Part shown: positions 17,432 to 26,861 of the stretch, piece after piece
Position numbering within the stretch: position 1 is the first letter of the stretch
Layout of the letters: each line of letters begins with the position of its first letter
Source of the DNA: an uncultured Eubacteriales bacterium
GTDB taxonomy: Bacteria > Bacillota > Clostridia > Christensenellales > CAG-138
NCBI GenBank assembly: GCA_900318745.1
Contig: ONMC01000011.1
Coordinates: 1 to 54,139, forward strand
DNA: 54,139 nucleotides
Direction: 5' to 3'
Translations under genes and position numbers: made by a program
The notes under the pieces: model-generated
What the model was told of the DNA's origin: nothing
The model's input: the letters and a program-made list of their open reading frames with translations, nothing else
Databases searched by the model: none

Positions 17432-18661
17432 TCAGTCTCTGCGCTTGCGGAACAGGTATTCGTCGAGCTCTTTTTTGACCGAATCGGGGATGTCGCGGCC
17501 GACCGGACAGACGGCGGACATCGCCATGCGGCGCGTGAATTCGGCGATAAACGCAATGTCCTTCTGCAGCTGTTCCATCGACAGCACATCGGGACGGTCG
17601 AAGCGGCAATGGATCGGCGCGACGCTGTCGTTCGCGAGCCGCGCAAACGAAAGCGCGGGGACGCCCTTGTCGGCGAACGGCGTGGAGTCGCTCGAATACA
17701 CACCGGTCTTTGCGCTCACCGGGAAGCCGAGCTCCGCGCCCATATAGGTGATGTAGTGCGCGAGCGCTTCCTCGGCGGAGACGCGCGCAATAAACTTGCC
17801 CATGATCGTGCCGATCATATCGAGGTTGACGTTCAACGCGATCCGATTAAGCTCCGCTTCGTGATCTCTGACGTACGCTTTGGAGCCTAAAAGTCCGCGC
17901 TCCTCGCTGCCGCAGAACACGAGCCGAAGTCCGTAGTTTAAGGGCTTGTTCTTCAGCGCTTCCAGTACGCCGAGGATGCCGACGCAGCCGGTCATGTTGT
18001 CGTACGAGCCGTGGGACAGCGCAGTCGTATCATAGTGCGCGGACAGCGTGATCCATTCATCGGTTTTGCCGGGGATCTCGGCGATCACATTATGCGATTC
18101 GCCGTCGTACTCGCGCTGTTTGATCTGAATGCGCACGCGCTTCGTCTTGTTCTTGACGAGCGCGACCGCCGCGGAAACGTGCAGCATGGCGCACAGCACC
18201 TTTTGCTGTTCGCCGACCACCGCGGCGCGCAAATCGCGTTCGTCGATGTCGCGGTTGCCGTTGTGCAGGTCGCCGTACTGGAACAAAATGCCCTTCGCGC
18301 CGGCCTTCATCAGGTCCTGATACCCGAAAAAGCCGATGCCGCTCGTGTCCATCAGCACGATCTTGTCCTTTGCGCCGGCGACGGAAACGCGATCCTGCGA
18401 CGGCATGTAGTACAGCTCGCCTTCGACCTCGCCGCTGCCGCAGCAGAAAAAGCCCTTCGCGGGGATTTCTTTGCCGTCCGCAAACACGTGCGTTTCTTCG
18501 ATTTCCGCCATCGGAACGGGGAACGCCTCGATGCGCGCGGCCGCGCCCAACGCTTCACAGCGCGCTTTCAGGTATTCGGCGACCCGAAGCTCCTCGGGCG
18601 TGCCGCTGCGATGCACAAAATCGGTGTCCGTGAAAATCTGTTTCAAAGCTTTTGTGTTCAT
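17432..18661 (-). CDS. M28-family metallopeptidase (aminopeptidase-like)
   Basis: ATG 18661 is preceded by AAAGGAGG. Body contains the AHYDT...GSYDNMTGC...CGSEERGLLGS metal-ligand pattern typical of M28. Confidence 0.8.
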   Translation of the reverse strand: MNTKALKQIFTDTDFVHRSGTPEELRVAEYLKARCEALGAAARIEAFPVPMAEIEETHVFADGKEIPAKGFFCCGSGEVEGELYYMPSQDRVSVAGAKDKIVLMDTSGIGFFGYQDLMKAGAKGILFQYGDLHNGNRDIDERDLRAAVVGEQQKVLCAMLHVSAAVALVKNKTKRVRIQIKQREYDGESHNVIAEIPGKTDEWITLSAHYDTTALSHGSYDNMTGCVGILGVLEALKNKPLNYGLRLVFCGSEERGLLGSKAYVRDHEAELNRIALNVNLDMIGTIMGKFIARVSAEEALAHYITYMGAELGFPVSAKTGVYSSDSTPFADKGVPALSFARLANDSVAPIHCRFDRPDVLSMEQLQKDIAFIAEFTRRMAMSAVCPVGRDIPDSVKKELDEYLFRKRRD

Positions 18662-18728
18662 AGGGACCTCCTTTTCCGTTCTGTTTTCATGATAGCACAA
18701 ATACGCACGCGGCACAATGCGCCGAACG

Positions 18729-18749
18729 AAAAAAGGACCCGGAGGTCCT
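18729..18749 (-). terminator. Short hairpin terminator after tspO
   Basis: AGGACC/GGUCCU 6-bp stem at 18734-18739 / 18744-18749, with a U6 tail on the minus strand (A tract 18729-18734 on plus). Confidence 0.4.
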
Positions 18750-19231
18750 CAGCCGTTGAGCAGATAGGAAGCGAGGTTCAGATAACCCGCGAAGCAAAGC
18801 CAGAGCAGATACGGGATCTGCAGATATCCGGCCGATTTTCGCACGCGGTAAAACGATACCGTCATCCAAACCGCCGCGCCGAGCATGCCGAGCAGTACAA
18901 AGAAGGCGGCAAGGCGCAGTTTCCATACAAAGAAGAGCGGCGACCAGATGAAGTTCAGCGCAAGCTGCGCGAAAAACGGCACGAGCGCGTCCTTCCGTCC
19001 GCGCGGTTCGGCGTTTTGCACAAGCCCCGCGCCGATCCCCATCAAAAGATACAGGATCGCCCACGCAAGCGAAAACGCCCATCCGGGCGGCTGCAGCGCG
19101 GGCTGGGGAAGGAGTTCGTTTTCCTTCATGCCGTTCATCGACAAAAGTGCGGAAAGCCCGCCGACCGCAAGCGGGAGCAGCGCCCAGAGGAGATAAGAGA
19201 GACGGATACTGTTCTTCGTTTTCATACGCAT
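18749..19231 (-). CDS. tspO: TspO/MBR family tryptophan-rich sensory protein
   Basis: 160 aa, five predicted TM segments. PPGWAFSLAWAILYLLMG and W-rich segments. Start codon uncertain (19231 or 19225). Confidence 0.8.
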   Translation of the reverse strand: MRMKTKNSIRLSYLLWALLPLAVGGLSALLSMNGMKENELLPQPALQPPGWAFSLAWAILYLLMGIGAGLVQNAEPRGRKDALVPFFAQLALNFIWSPLFFVWKLRLAAFFVLLGMLGAAVWMTVSFYRVRKSAGYLQIPYLLWLCFAGYLNLASYLLNG

Positions 19232-19345
19232 AGTGTATGATCAGAACGGCGGTTTATGCAAGATTTACAATTCGAATACAACTTATTCGCAAAACAGACA
19301 CATCTTTTTCTTATAAATAAATCAGTAAACGAACGTGAGGTTTTT

Positions 19346-20311
19346 ATGAAACGATGGATCGCAGTGCTGTTTGCGCTGCTGTTCTGCGCATGCAGCGCGT
19401 CGCCGCAGCCGGAGACGCAGATCGCTGCGCCGGAGCCGACGGTCACGCCCGCGCCGACCGCCACGCCGACGCCGGTCCCGACCGACACGCCGACGCCTGC
19501 GCCGACCGCCACGCCGTCCCCGTCGCCGACGCCTTCCGGGCTGTGCGGCGGCAGATTCCCGGACCGGTTCTCCGATACGCCGGAGCTCACAGAGACCGGA
19601 TACCGCAGCAGCGGCGTCGGGATCGAGGTCAGGCGCTGCGTCGAGCCGGAGCGGTATGCCGGGTTTAACGTGATCTACTACGTTGCGGACATCTATGTAC
19701 AGGATGTCACATCGATCCGCACGGCACCGGCATTTGAGAGCTTCAAAAACGGGTATGAGCGCACCCCGGCCGAGATCGCCGAGAGCGTGAACGCGCTGCT
19801 CGCAATGACCGGCGATACCTACGTGAACCTGAGCAGCTGTATTCTGGTGCGAAACGGCGAAACGTATCGCGACAAGCTGACGCCGGCGATGGATCTGTGC
19901 GTTCTGTATCGCGACGGACGGATGGAGACCAAAAAGTGGGGCACCTATTCGGTGAAGGACATCCTCGACGCCGATCCGTGGCAGGTCTGGAGCTTCGGTC
20001 CCGCTCTGCTCGATGAAAACGGCGAGCCGATGACGATCTATCACCGCCTTGCATATCCGAATCCGCGCGCGGCGATCGGGTACTTCGAGCCGGGGCATTA
20101 CTGTTTTGTGGTCGTGGACGGCAGAGGGGAATCGTTCGGCATCTCACTCAACAATCTGAGCATTCTGATGCACGACCTCGGCTGCGTCGCAGCGTACAAC
20201 CTCGACGGCGGCGCGTCGGCGCAGATGTACTGGAACGGCGCGATCGTCAACACGCCGAGCAACACAAACCGCGCGGTCAGCGACATCATCTATCTGCTCG
20301 CAGAGGAATAA
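19346..20311 (+). CDS. Lipoprotein with phosphodiester glycosidase (DUF2233-like) domain
   Basis: Lipobox LLFCAC after MKRWIAVLFA, a Pro/Thr linker, and a C-terminal AAYNLDGGASAQMYWNG motif. Confidence 0.7.
   Translation: MKRWIAVLFALLFCACSASPQPETQIAAPEPTVTPAPTATPTPVPTDTPTPAPTATPSPSPTPSGLCGGRFPDRFSDTPELTETGYRSSGVGIEVRRCVEPERYAGFNVIYYVADIYVQDVTSIRTAPAFESFKNGYERTPAEIAESVNALLAMTGDTYVNLSSCILVRNGETYRDKLTPAMDLCVLYRDGRMETKKWGTYSVKDILDADPWQVWSFGPALLDENGEPMTIYHRLAYPNPRAAIGYFEPGHYCFVVVDGRGESFGISLNNLSILMHDLGCVAAYNLDGGASAQMYWNGAIVNTPSNTNRAVSDIIYLLAEE
19430..19537 (+). repeat. Low-complexity Pro/Thr-rich linker coding region
   Basis: Encodes PEPTVTPAPTATPTPVPTDTPTPAPTATPSPSPTPS. Confidence 0.8.
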
Positions 20312-20325
20312 ACGGAACAAAAGAA

Positions 20326-20360
20326 GGACCGCTGTATGAACAGCGGTCCGTATTGTTTTT
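20326..20360. terminator. Bidirectional terminator between DUF2233-like gene and GH13 gene
   Basis: GGACCGCUG 20326-20334 pairs with CAGCGGUCC 20341-20349. U-rich flanks on both strands. Confidence 0.7.
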
Positions 20361-20364
20361 GGAT

Positions 20365-21978
20365 TTATCCGAGGACGGCGCTGGTCTGCGAACCGAGCGT
20401 CAGCATCGTGCCGGACAGCGTCGCATCTTCAACGCCGATCGCGGCGCGCAGCACGGAGAAGTCGCCGAACTGCGAAATGTCGACCGTCTGCGCAGAGCCG
20501 CCGGGATTGTGCAGCACGAGCACGGTCGTGCCGTTGTAGGTTGAGACGAATCCGCCGACCTTGCTGCCGTCGACGGAGACGGAACGGTATTCGCCGCGCG
20601 CGATCGCGGGGTTCGCCTTGCGGATCATGATCAGCTTTTTATAGTAGGTGTAGAGGCTGTCCTTGTCGGTTTTCTGCACGCTTACACCGTTTTGGATCTG
20701 ATTGCTTGCGGAATAGGTCGTTCCGACCGGATCCTGCACCGTGTCGTCGTCTCCCCACAGCATGGCAAGACGGCGGTTGGCGTCCGTGTTCGCACCGCCG
20801 CGCGAGCCGCGCAGACCGATCTCCTCACCGTAATAGATGAACGGCGATCCGGGACCGAGGATGTAAAGATTCGCCGCCATCTGCATGTGCCCGTTCGCGG
20901 TGGTCAGATAACCCGCCGCGCGGTCCGTGTCGTGGTTTGCGATGAACGGCACGTACATCGCGTCCGGATTGGTGCCCTCGATCGATTTGAGATACTGCTC
21001 AACGTACTTGGTGAACTTGCCCGCGTTGCCCGCCTTGGCGGTGTCGGCGATCAGCCCCTCCGCCTGCGAAGTCGTGAAGTTGAAGCAGTTCGTGGCGGGA
21101 TAGTAACGGTCGGTGATGCCGTCGCCGTCCCAGACTTCCGCGACCGTGTACATCGAGGGGTACTCGCTGCGCAGCGTGCCGAGGTATTCCTTCCAGAAAT
21201 CGACGTTCGGATCGTGGTCGCCGAAGTACGGATACTTCGCCGCGTCAAAGCGGAAGCCGTCCACGCCGCGTCCGAGGTAGTAGCGCGCGATCTTCAGAAG
21301 CTCCTCGCGCACGAGCGGATTGTCGAAGTTCAGCTCCGGCATGTCGTTCGAGAAATTGCATTCAAAGAAGATATCCGTGCCGGACAGCGCCGCGAAGGTG
21401 CGTCCCGCGGGCACGGTCTCGCCTTTCGTATAATAGGAATAGAAATCGTAATACGGATCGGTCGTATCGTTGTTGCGGTGCGCGACCGTGAACTTCGAGA
21501 ACCAGTCGTTGTTGCGCGCCGTGTGATTGATCGGCAGGTCGAGGATCAGCTTGACGTCGCGCTCATGGCAGAGCTGGATCAGCGTGTCGAGGTCCTCCTG
21601 CGTGCCGAACGCCGGGTCGATCGTGTAGTAATCGGCGACGTCGTACTTGTGATAGGAGCGCGAGACAAAGATCGGCGTCAGCCAGATCCCCTCGATGCCG
21701 AGCGACTTTCCGGAGTTCGGATCGCCGTCGTTCAGATAGTCCATCCGGTTGATGATGCCCTTAAGATCGCCCGTGCCGTCGCCGTTCGAGTCGGAGAACG
21801 AACCGACGAAGATCTCATAGAACACGCGCGCGTTGTCGGGCGCGGGCGCGTCGCAGGCGAGCAGCGGATCCTGTATCGCATATTCCGAACCGGATGCCTT
21901 CGAACCGCCGCAGCCGAACGAACCGAGCAGCAGCGCAAGGATCAGACACGCCGCAAAAAGCGTGCGAATCGCTTTCAT
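20365..21978 (-). CDS. GH13 alpha-amylase-family glycoside hydrolase, lipoprotein
   Basis: Lipobox LGSFGCGG. GH13 conserved regions DLPINHT, GVDGFRFDAAKY, AEVWD, FIANHDTDR. Confidence 0.9.
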   Translation of the reverse strand: MKAIRTLFAACLILALLLGSFGCGGSKASGSEYAIQDPLLACDAPAPDNARVFYEIFVGSFSDSNGDGTGDLKGIINRMDYLNDGDPNSGKSLGIEGIWLTPIFVSRSYHKYDVADYYTIDPAFGTQEDLDTLIQLCHERDVKLILDLPINHTARNNDWFSKFTVAHRNNDTTDPYYDFYSYYTKGETVPAGRTFAALSGTDIFFECNFSNDMPELNFDNPLVREELLKIARYYLGRGVDGFRFDAAKYPYFGDHDPNVDFWKEYLGTLRSEYPSMYTVAEVWDGDGITDRYYPATNCFNFTTSQAEGLIADTAKAGNAGKFTKYVEQYLKSIEGTNPDAMYVPFIANHDTDRAAGYLTTANGHMQMAANLYILGPGSPFIYYGEEIGLRGSRGGANTDANRRLAMLWGDDDTVQDPVGTTYSASNQIQNGVSVQKTDKDSLYTYYKKLIMIRKANPAIARGEYRSVSVDGSKVGGFVSTYNGTTVLVLHNPGGSAQTVDISQFGDFSVLRAAIGVEDATLSGTMLTLGSQTSAVLG

Positions 21979-22086
21979 ATCACAAATCCTCCTGTCGGGT
22001 ACATCTTTGTATCATCGTATATTTTTTCACGGGATTTGTCAAGGATACGCTTTTCTTTCCCGCGTGTTTATGCTATACTGCCGTAT

Positions 22087-22578
22087 ATGGAACGAATCGA
22101 ATTATACCGAAAAGAAGCGAAAGAAACCGCGCAGATGCGCGCCGCGCGCACGCGAAACTGCATGATCGCGATCGCCGCTGCGGGGCTGATCGTCTGCGTC
22201 GTGTTGTGCGCATTCGTCACGCGCAAAAACGAGGGCGTGATGCTGCCGGTAACGATCGGCGCGTCGGTGCTGACCGGCTGGACGGTGATCTTTCTCTCGC
22301 ATGCGGTTTACGACGAAGCGAAAGCGACGGTCCGCCATATGCAGGCGATGGAGGAGGGCGAGCGCGAAACGCAGGAAGGACGCTTTGAAAAAACGGCGGA
22401 CTTCTATCGCATCCGCCGCGGCGTATCGGTGCGCCGCGTGCATGCGCACATCGGGGAACGCGACATGACGCTGAACGTTGCCGAGGCGCTTTCCAAACAG
22501 CTTCCGGACGCGTTTACGGGAACGGTCGAGACGGTGTACGGATTCATCGTCGCTTACGAGGTGCATGCCGATGATTAA
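22087..22578 (+). CDS. Hypothetical membrane protein (two predicted TM helices plus soluble C-terminal domain)
   Basis: ATG 22087 lies inside the artefactual ORF 20692..22578. Hydrophobic segments CMIAIAAAGLIVCVVLCAFV and LPVTIGASVLTGWTVIFL. No family recognised. Confidence 0.5.
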   Translation: MERIELYRKEAKETAQMRAARTRNCMIAIAAAGLIVCVVLCAFVTRKNEGVMLPVTIGASVLTGWTVIFLSHAVYDEAKATVRHMQAMEEGERETQEGRFEKTADFYRIRRGVSVRRVHAHIGERDMTLNVAEALSKQLPDAFTGTVETVYGFIVAYEVHADD

Positions 22579-23122
22579 GAGCGTTCTTCGAAACTGGTAT
22601 CGATATGTGCTGTGGACGCTGATCAGCGCGGTGTTCTGGTCGTGGATCTTCACGCTGCTGTTCTCCGCACCGGTCAAAAAGAAGGTCGTGCTGTATGCGG
22701 ATCTGCCGTCGATCGACGACAGAGGACTGTCGATCGCGCTCGAGGAGGATCTGCCGGAGGGCATCCGGCGTGTGCCGACCAACTGCTTCGAGGATCTGAT
22801 GTTCGATCAGAACGCGGTGCTGCACGGTGATCTGTATCTGATCCCGGAGTCGCATGCGGAAACGTATCTTGACTCGTTCGCGCCGATCGATCCCGCGGAT
22901 TTCCCGGACGCTTCGTTTTACGAATCGGACGGCGAGGCGTATGGGATCCTGGTATATGACGAATCGACGGGGCTGAAGATCGCGGGCAAGTATGTATACT
23001 ATCTGCCCGGCGAGCGCTGCTGGCTGTTTTTCAATCGCGATTCCGTTCATCTCGGGACGGGCGATCGCGCCGCGGACGATGCGGCGATCACGGTCGCACA
23101 GCATTTTCTGAATTTGCCGTAA
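22571..23122 (+). CDS. Hypothetical protein with N-terminal TM/signal anchor
   Basis: ATG 22571 overlaps the upstream stop (ATGATTAA). Segment YVLWTLISAVFWSWIFTLLF. No family recognised. Confidence 0.5.
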   Translation: MIKSVLRNWYRYVLWTLISAVFWSWIFTLLFSAPVKKKVVLYADLPSIDDRGLSIALEEDLPEGIRRVPTNCFEDLMFDQNAVLHGDLYLIPESHAETYLDSFAPIDPADFPDASFYESDGEAYGILVYDESTGLKIAGKYVYYLPGERCWLFFNRDSVHLGTGDRAADDAAITVAQHFLNLP

Positions 23123-23131
23123 GGGGGAACT

Positions 23132-25105
23132 ATGAAAAAGAGGTGGATCATCTTGCTGCTTGTGTCGGCAATGGCTTTGGGCTGCGTGGGAAAAACGATC
23201 GAGGTCGAAAACGCGGTTCCGACCGCGAAGATCGAGGGCAGTTCGCTCTATGTGAAAAAGGTCGAGAACCTGCCGGACGGGTTTATTATGGGTATGGACG
23301 CGTCATCCGTCATCGCCGAGGAACAGAGCGGCGTGAAGTATTTTAACTTTGCGGGTGAGGAGCAGGACGTGTTCAAAACGCTCGCGGAAAGCGGCGTGAC
23401 GCACATTCGCGTGCGCGTGTGGAATCATCCGTATGATGCGAACGGCAACGGTTACGGCGGCGGCAACAATGACGTCGAGAAGGCGATCGCGATCGGCGAA
23501 CGCGCCACGAAGTACGGCATGCAGCTGATCGTGGACTTCCATTATTCCGACTTCTGGGCGGATCCCGGCAAGCAGATGGTCCCGCTCGCATGGAAGGATA
23601 TGGATATCTCCGAAAAGGCGGACGCGCTGTACAAGTTCACAAAGGATTCGCTGAAGCAGATGAAGAAGGCGGGCGTTGCGGTCGGCATGGTGCAACTCGG
23701 CAACGAAACGAACACATCGATGTGCGGCGAAACGTATTGGGAGCGGATCATCAAGTTGATGGCGTCCGGCTCGAAGGCGGTGCGCGAAACGTATCCGAAC
23801 GCGCTCGTGGCGGTGCACTTTGCGAACCCGGAACGCGCCGGCGCATACGACGGCTGCGCGGAGAAGCTTGAGGCGTTCGGGCTCGACTATGACGTGTTCG
23901 CGTCCTCGTACTATCCGTACTGGCACGGCACGCTCGAAAACCTTGCGAACGTGCTGAACGGTATCGCCGAACGGTACGGCAAAAAGGTCATGGTCATGGA
24001 AACCTCATATGCCTATACCGGCGCGGATTCCGACTTTTCCGGCAACACGATCTCCGATGAGACGGGCAACATCGTCAAGGATTACCCGTTCACCGTGCAG
24101 GGACAGGCAAACAGCGTGCGCAGCGTCATCGATACGGTGGCGCACGTAAAGAACGGGATCGGCGTCTGCTACTGGGAAGGCACCTGGATCACGGTCGGCA
24201 CGAATTCGTGGGAGGAAAACCACGAAAAGTGGGAGACCTGCGGTTCGGGCTGGGCGTCGAGCTACGGCGGCAGCTACGATCCGGACGACGCGGGTAAGTA
24301 TTACGGCGGCTGCGCGGTCGACAATCAGGCGATGTTCGATCCGCAGGGCAAGCCGCTTGAATCGCTGAAGGTCTTCAACCTCGTGCGCTACGGCAACGAG
24401 ATCGAGCCGAAGCCCGACGCGATCGCGGACACGGTGCTGGCATTCGATCTGAAGGGCACGATCGAACTGCCCGAAACGGTCGACGCGGTGATGACGAGTA
24501 ACGAGCTGAAGCCGGTGCCGGTCGAATGGAATGTGACCGAGGCGGATCTCGACGCCATGTACCGGGGCGGCGTGCACACGTATGAGATTACGGGAACGGC
24601 GGAGGGACTGCCGGCGCGCGCGATCGTTTCGATGGTCAAGTTCAATTATCTTAAGAATGCCGGTTTCGAGGACGGCGTGCTCGAACCGTGGCAGACGGAG
24701 GACCGCGGCGGCGCCGATCAGCTGTACGTCGAGGATAAGGTCACCGATTCGCAAAACGGCACATACCACATGCATTTCTGGAGCGCAAAGCAGGGTTCGG
24801 TCGATTTCTCGCTGACGCAGCAGGTGACCGATCTGCCCGAGGGCGTCTACCGGTTCACGATCTCGGTCATGGGCGGTGACGGCGGCGAAACGGAGATCTT
24901 CTGCTTCGCGCTGGTCGACGGCGTCGAAGCCGGACGCACGCCGATGAAGATCACATCCTACGGAAACTGGGATACGCAGTCGGTTTCGGGGATCGAGGTC
25001 AAGGCGGGACAGACCGTGACGGTCGGCATTTCCGTGCGCTGCGAAGGCGCTGGAAACGGTGCATGGGGCAAGATCGACGACGGAATGCTGAACGCAGAGG
25101 ACTGA
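23132..25105 (+). CDS. GH53 arabinogalactan endo-beta-1,4-galactanase lipoprotein with C-terminal Ig-like and carbohydrate-binding-module-like domains
   Basis: Lipobox MALGCVG. GH53 core GMDASSV...IRVRVWN...VDFHYSDFWADPGKQ...VQLGNET. The tail has NAGFEDG...W and a beta-sandwich-like region (CBM type not assignable by eye). Confidence 0.85.
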   Translation: MKKRWIILLLVSAMALGCVGKTIEVENAVPTAKIEGSSLYVKKVENLPDGFIMGMDASSVIAEEQSGVKYFNFAGEEQDVFKTLAESGVTHIRVRVWNHPYDANGNGYGGGNNDVEKAIAIGERATKYGMQLIVDFHYSDFWADPGKQMVPLAWKDMDISEKADALYKFTKDSLKQMKKAGVAVGMVQLGNETNTSMCGETYWERIIKLMASGSKAVRETYPNALVAVHFANPERAGAYDGCAEKLEAFGLDYDVFASSYYPYWHGTLENLANVLNGIAERYGKKVMVMETSYAYTGADSDFSGNTISDETGNIVKDYPFTVQGQANSVRSVIDTVAHVKNGIGVCYWEGTWITVGTNSWEENHEKWETCGSGWASSYGGSYDPDDAGKYYGGCAVDNQAMFDPQGKPLESLKVFNLVRYGNEIEPKPDAIADTVLAFDLKGTIELPETVDAVMTSNELKPVPVEWNVTEADLDAMYRGGVHTYEITGTAEGLPARAIVSMVKFNYLKNAGFEDGVLEPWQTEDRGGADQLYVEDKVTDSQNGTYHMHFWSAKQGSVDFSLTQQVTDLPEGVYRFTISVMGGDGGETEIFCFALVDGVEAGRTPMKITSYGNWDTQSVSGIEVKAGQTVTVGISVRCEGAGNGAWGKIDDGMLNAED

Positions 25106-25156
25106 AAAAACAGCGGCATTTTTATGCATGCAGAAGGCTTTTTAAGGATAAATTCA

Positions 25157-25185
25157 TTGACAATATGCAACGATTTGTGTATATT
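25157..25185 (+). promoter_or_regulatory. Candidate sigma-A promoter of the ABC-transporter/GH operon
   Basis: TTGACA 25157-25162, 17-nt spacer, TATATT 25180-25185. Confidence 0.55.
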
Positions 25186-25291
25186 GTAGGTGCACCATGA
25201 AACCGTGGAAGAATGCCCTTTTGCGGTATCATGATGGAAATCTTTTCATAAAAGGTATCAAACATACCGAAATTGAACAGGAGGAAGAAAA

Positions 25292-26815
25292 ATGAAAAGA
25301 ACACTGGCAATCATGCTCGCGCTCGTAATGGTTCTTGCGATGTTCGCCTGCACGGGCAGCAAGAAGCCGGAAGCCAGCCAGGAACTGGCGGGCGAGTACT
25401 CCATCCTCGTATGGACCGGTGAAGCGGCAGTCGATCTGACCAAGCAGCAGATCGAGAATTTCAACAACACGAACGAATACGGCATCAAGTTCGTTGCAAC
25501 GGTTAACCCGGTATCGGAAGCGACCTCTGCGGACCAGATGCTGCAGGATGTCTCTGCAGGCGCTGACCTGTACTGCTTTGCGCAGGACCAGTTCGCTCGC
25601 CTCGTACAGGGCGGCGCGCTGAACAAGCTCGGCACCGAATCTGCGAACGTCGTCAAGGCGGCGAACGACGCAGGCGTCGTTGCAGCGGCAACTTCCGGCG
25701 ATACGATGTATGCGTATCCGCTGACCTCGGATAACGGCTACTTCATGTACTATGACAAGACCGTCATCCCCGAGGAAGACGTTGACTCTCTTGAGAAGCT
25801 GATCGCGGACTGCGAAGCAGCAAACAAGTACTTTGCGTTCGAGACCAACACCTCCGCATGGTACCTCGCATCCTGGTTCTTTGCAACCGGCTGCACCTCC
25901 GAGTGGACGACCGATGACGCGGGCAAGTTCATCTCCGTCAAGGATACGTTCGACAGCCCCGAAGGCCTCATCGCGGTCAAGGGCATGAAGAAGCTGGTCG
26001 ACTCTCCGTTCGCACTGTCTTCTTCTTCCGCAGGTGAATTTGCTTCCGGCGCAGCGATCGTCGTGACCGGCACCTGGGCATACGAAGAGATCCTCGGTTA
26101 CCTCGGCGACAACATGGGCGTTACCGACCTGCCTTCCTTCGAAGTGGACGGCAAGGAATACCACCTCGGTTCCTTCAACGGCTGCAAGCTGATGGGTGTT
26201 AAGCCGCAGGACGATGCACACCGTCTTGCAGCGCTGCATCTGCTCGCGCAGTACCTCACCGACGAAGATCGCCAGATGGAGCGCTTCGATGCACTCTCCT
26301 GGGGTCCGTCCAACCTGAATGCGCAGAAGTCCGAGAAGGTCCAGTCGAACCCGGGTCTCGCGGCACTGCTCAAGCAGAACGAGTACTCCATCCCGCAGGG
26401 CCAGATCCACGGTTCCTGGTGGGATATCGCGAAGGTTATCGCGGATGACGTCAAGGCAGCGACCGACGAGGCAGGTCTGCAGGCGGCACTCGACAACTAC
26501 TACGGCAAGATCAACGCTCTGTTCAACATGAGCGAAGACGAGCTGAATGCATGGTCCGCGATCGGTGCGATCGGCGGCACCAACTGGGACACCGACTTTG
26601 CGATGACCAAGGTTGAAGAAGGCGTCTTCGAAACCGAGGCAATGGAACTGCATGCGGGCGAAGAATTCAAAGTTCGTCAGGGCGCAAGCTGGGATGTCAA
26701 CTACGGTAAGGACGGCGTCGCAGGCGGCGACAACTGCGTGGTTGAAGCAGACGGCACCTACAGAATCCACTTTGAAGAAGCGACCGGCCTGATCACGCTG
26801 GTTCCCGCAGAATAA
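25292..26815 (+). CDS. ABC transporter sugar-binding lipoprotein with extra C-terminal beta-sandwich (CBM-like) domain
   Basis: Lipobox MFACTG. MalE/CycB-like body of about 415 aa, then about 90 extra residues: WSAIGAIGGTNWDTDFAMTKVEEGVFETEAMELHAGEEFKVRQGASWDVNYG...DGTYRIHF. Confidence 0.85.
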   Translation: MKRTLAIMLALVMVLAMFACTGSKKPEASQELAGEYSILVWTGEAAVDLTKQQIENFNNTNEYGIKFVATVNPVSEATSADQMLQDVSAGADLYCFAQDQFARLVQGGALNKLGTESANVVKAANDAGVVAAATSGDTMYAYPLTSDNGYFMYYDKTVIPEEDVDSLEKLIADCEAANKYFAFETNTSAWYLASWFFATGCTSEWTTDDAGKFISVKDTFDSPEGLIAVKGMKKLVDSPFALSSSSAGEFASGAAIVVTGTWAYEEILGYLGDNMGVTDLPSFEVDGKEYHLGSFNGCKLMGVKPQDDAHRLAALHLLAQYLTDEDRQMERFDALSWGPSNLNAQKSEKVQSNPGLAALLKQNEYSIPQGQIHGSWWDIAKVIADDVKAATDEAGLQAALDNYYGKINALFNMSEDELNAWSAIGAIGGTNWDTDFAMTKVEEGVFETEAMELHAGEEFKVRQGASWDVNYGKDGVAGGDNCVVEADGTYRIHFEEATGLITLVPAE

Positions 26816-26861
26816 TCAAACCAGAGCGTATCCGGGCTTTGGCTGACATTTGAATCGAATC

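Noticed and set aside
19322-20098. Arg-rich ORFs overlapping the Pro/Thr linker region (for example 19371..19673, RRRSRRRR...)
   Set aside because: These are alternative frames of the PT-linker repeat of the DUF2233-like lipoprotein gene. The composition is a pure frame artefact.
25164-25177. cre-like (CcpA) site ATGCAACGATTTGT within the SBP promoter spacer
   Set aside because: It is off by one position relative to the TGNAANCGNWNNCA core (TGCAACG lacks the variable base), so it is not a convincing cre box.
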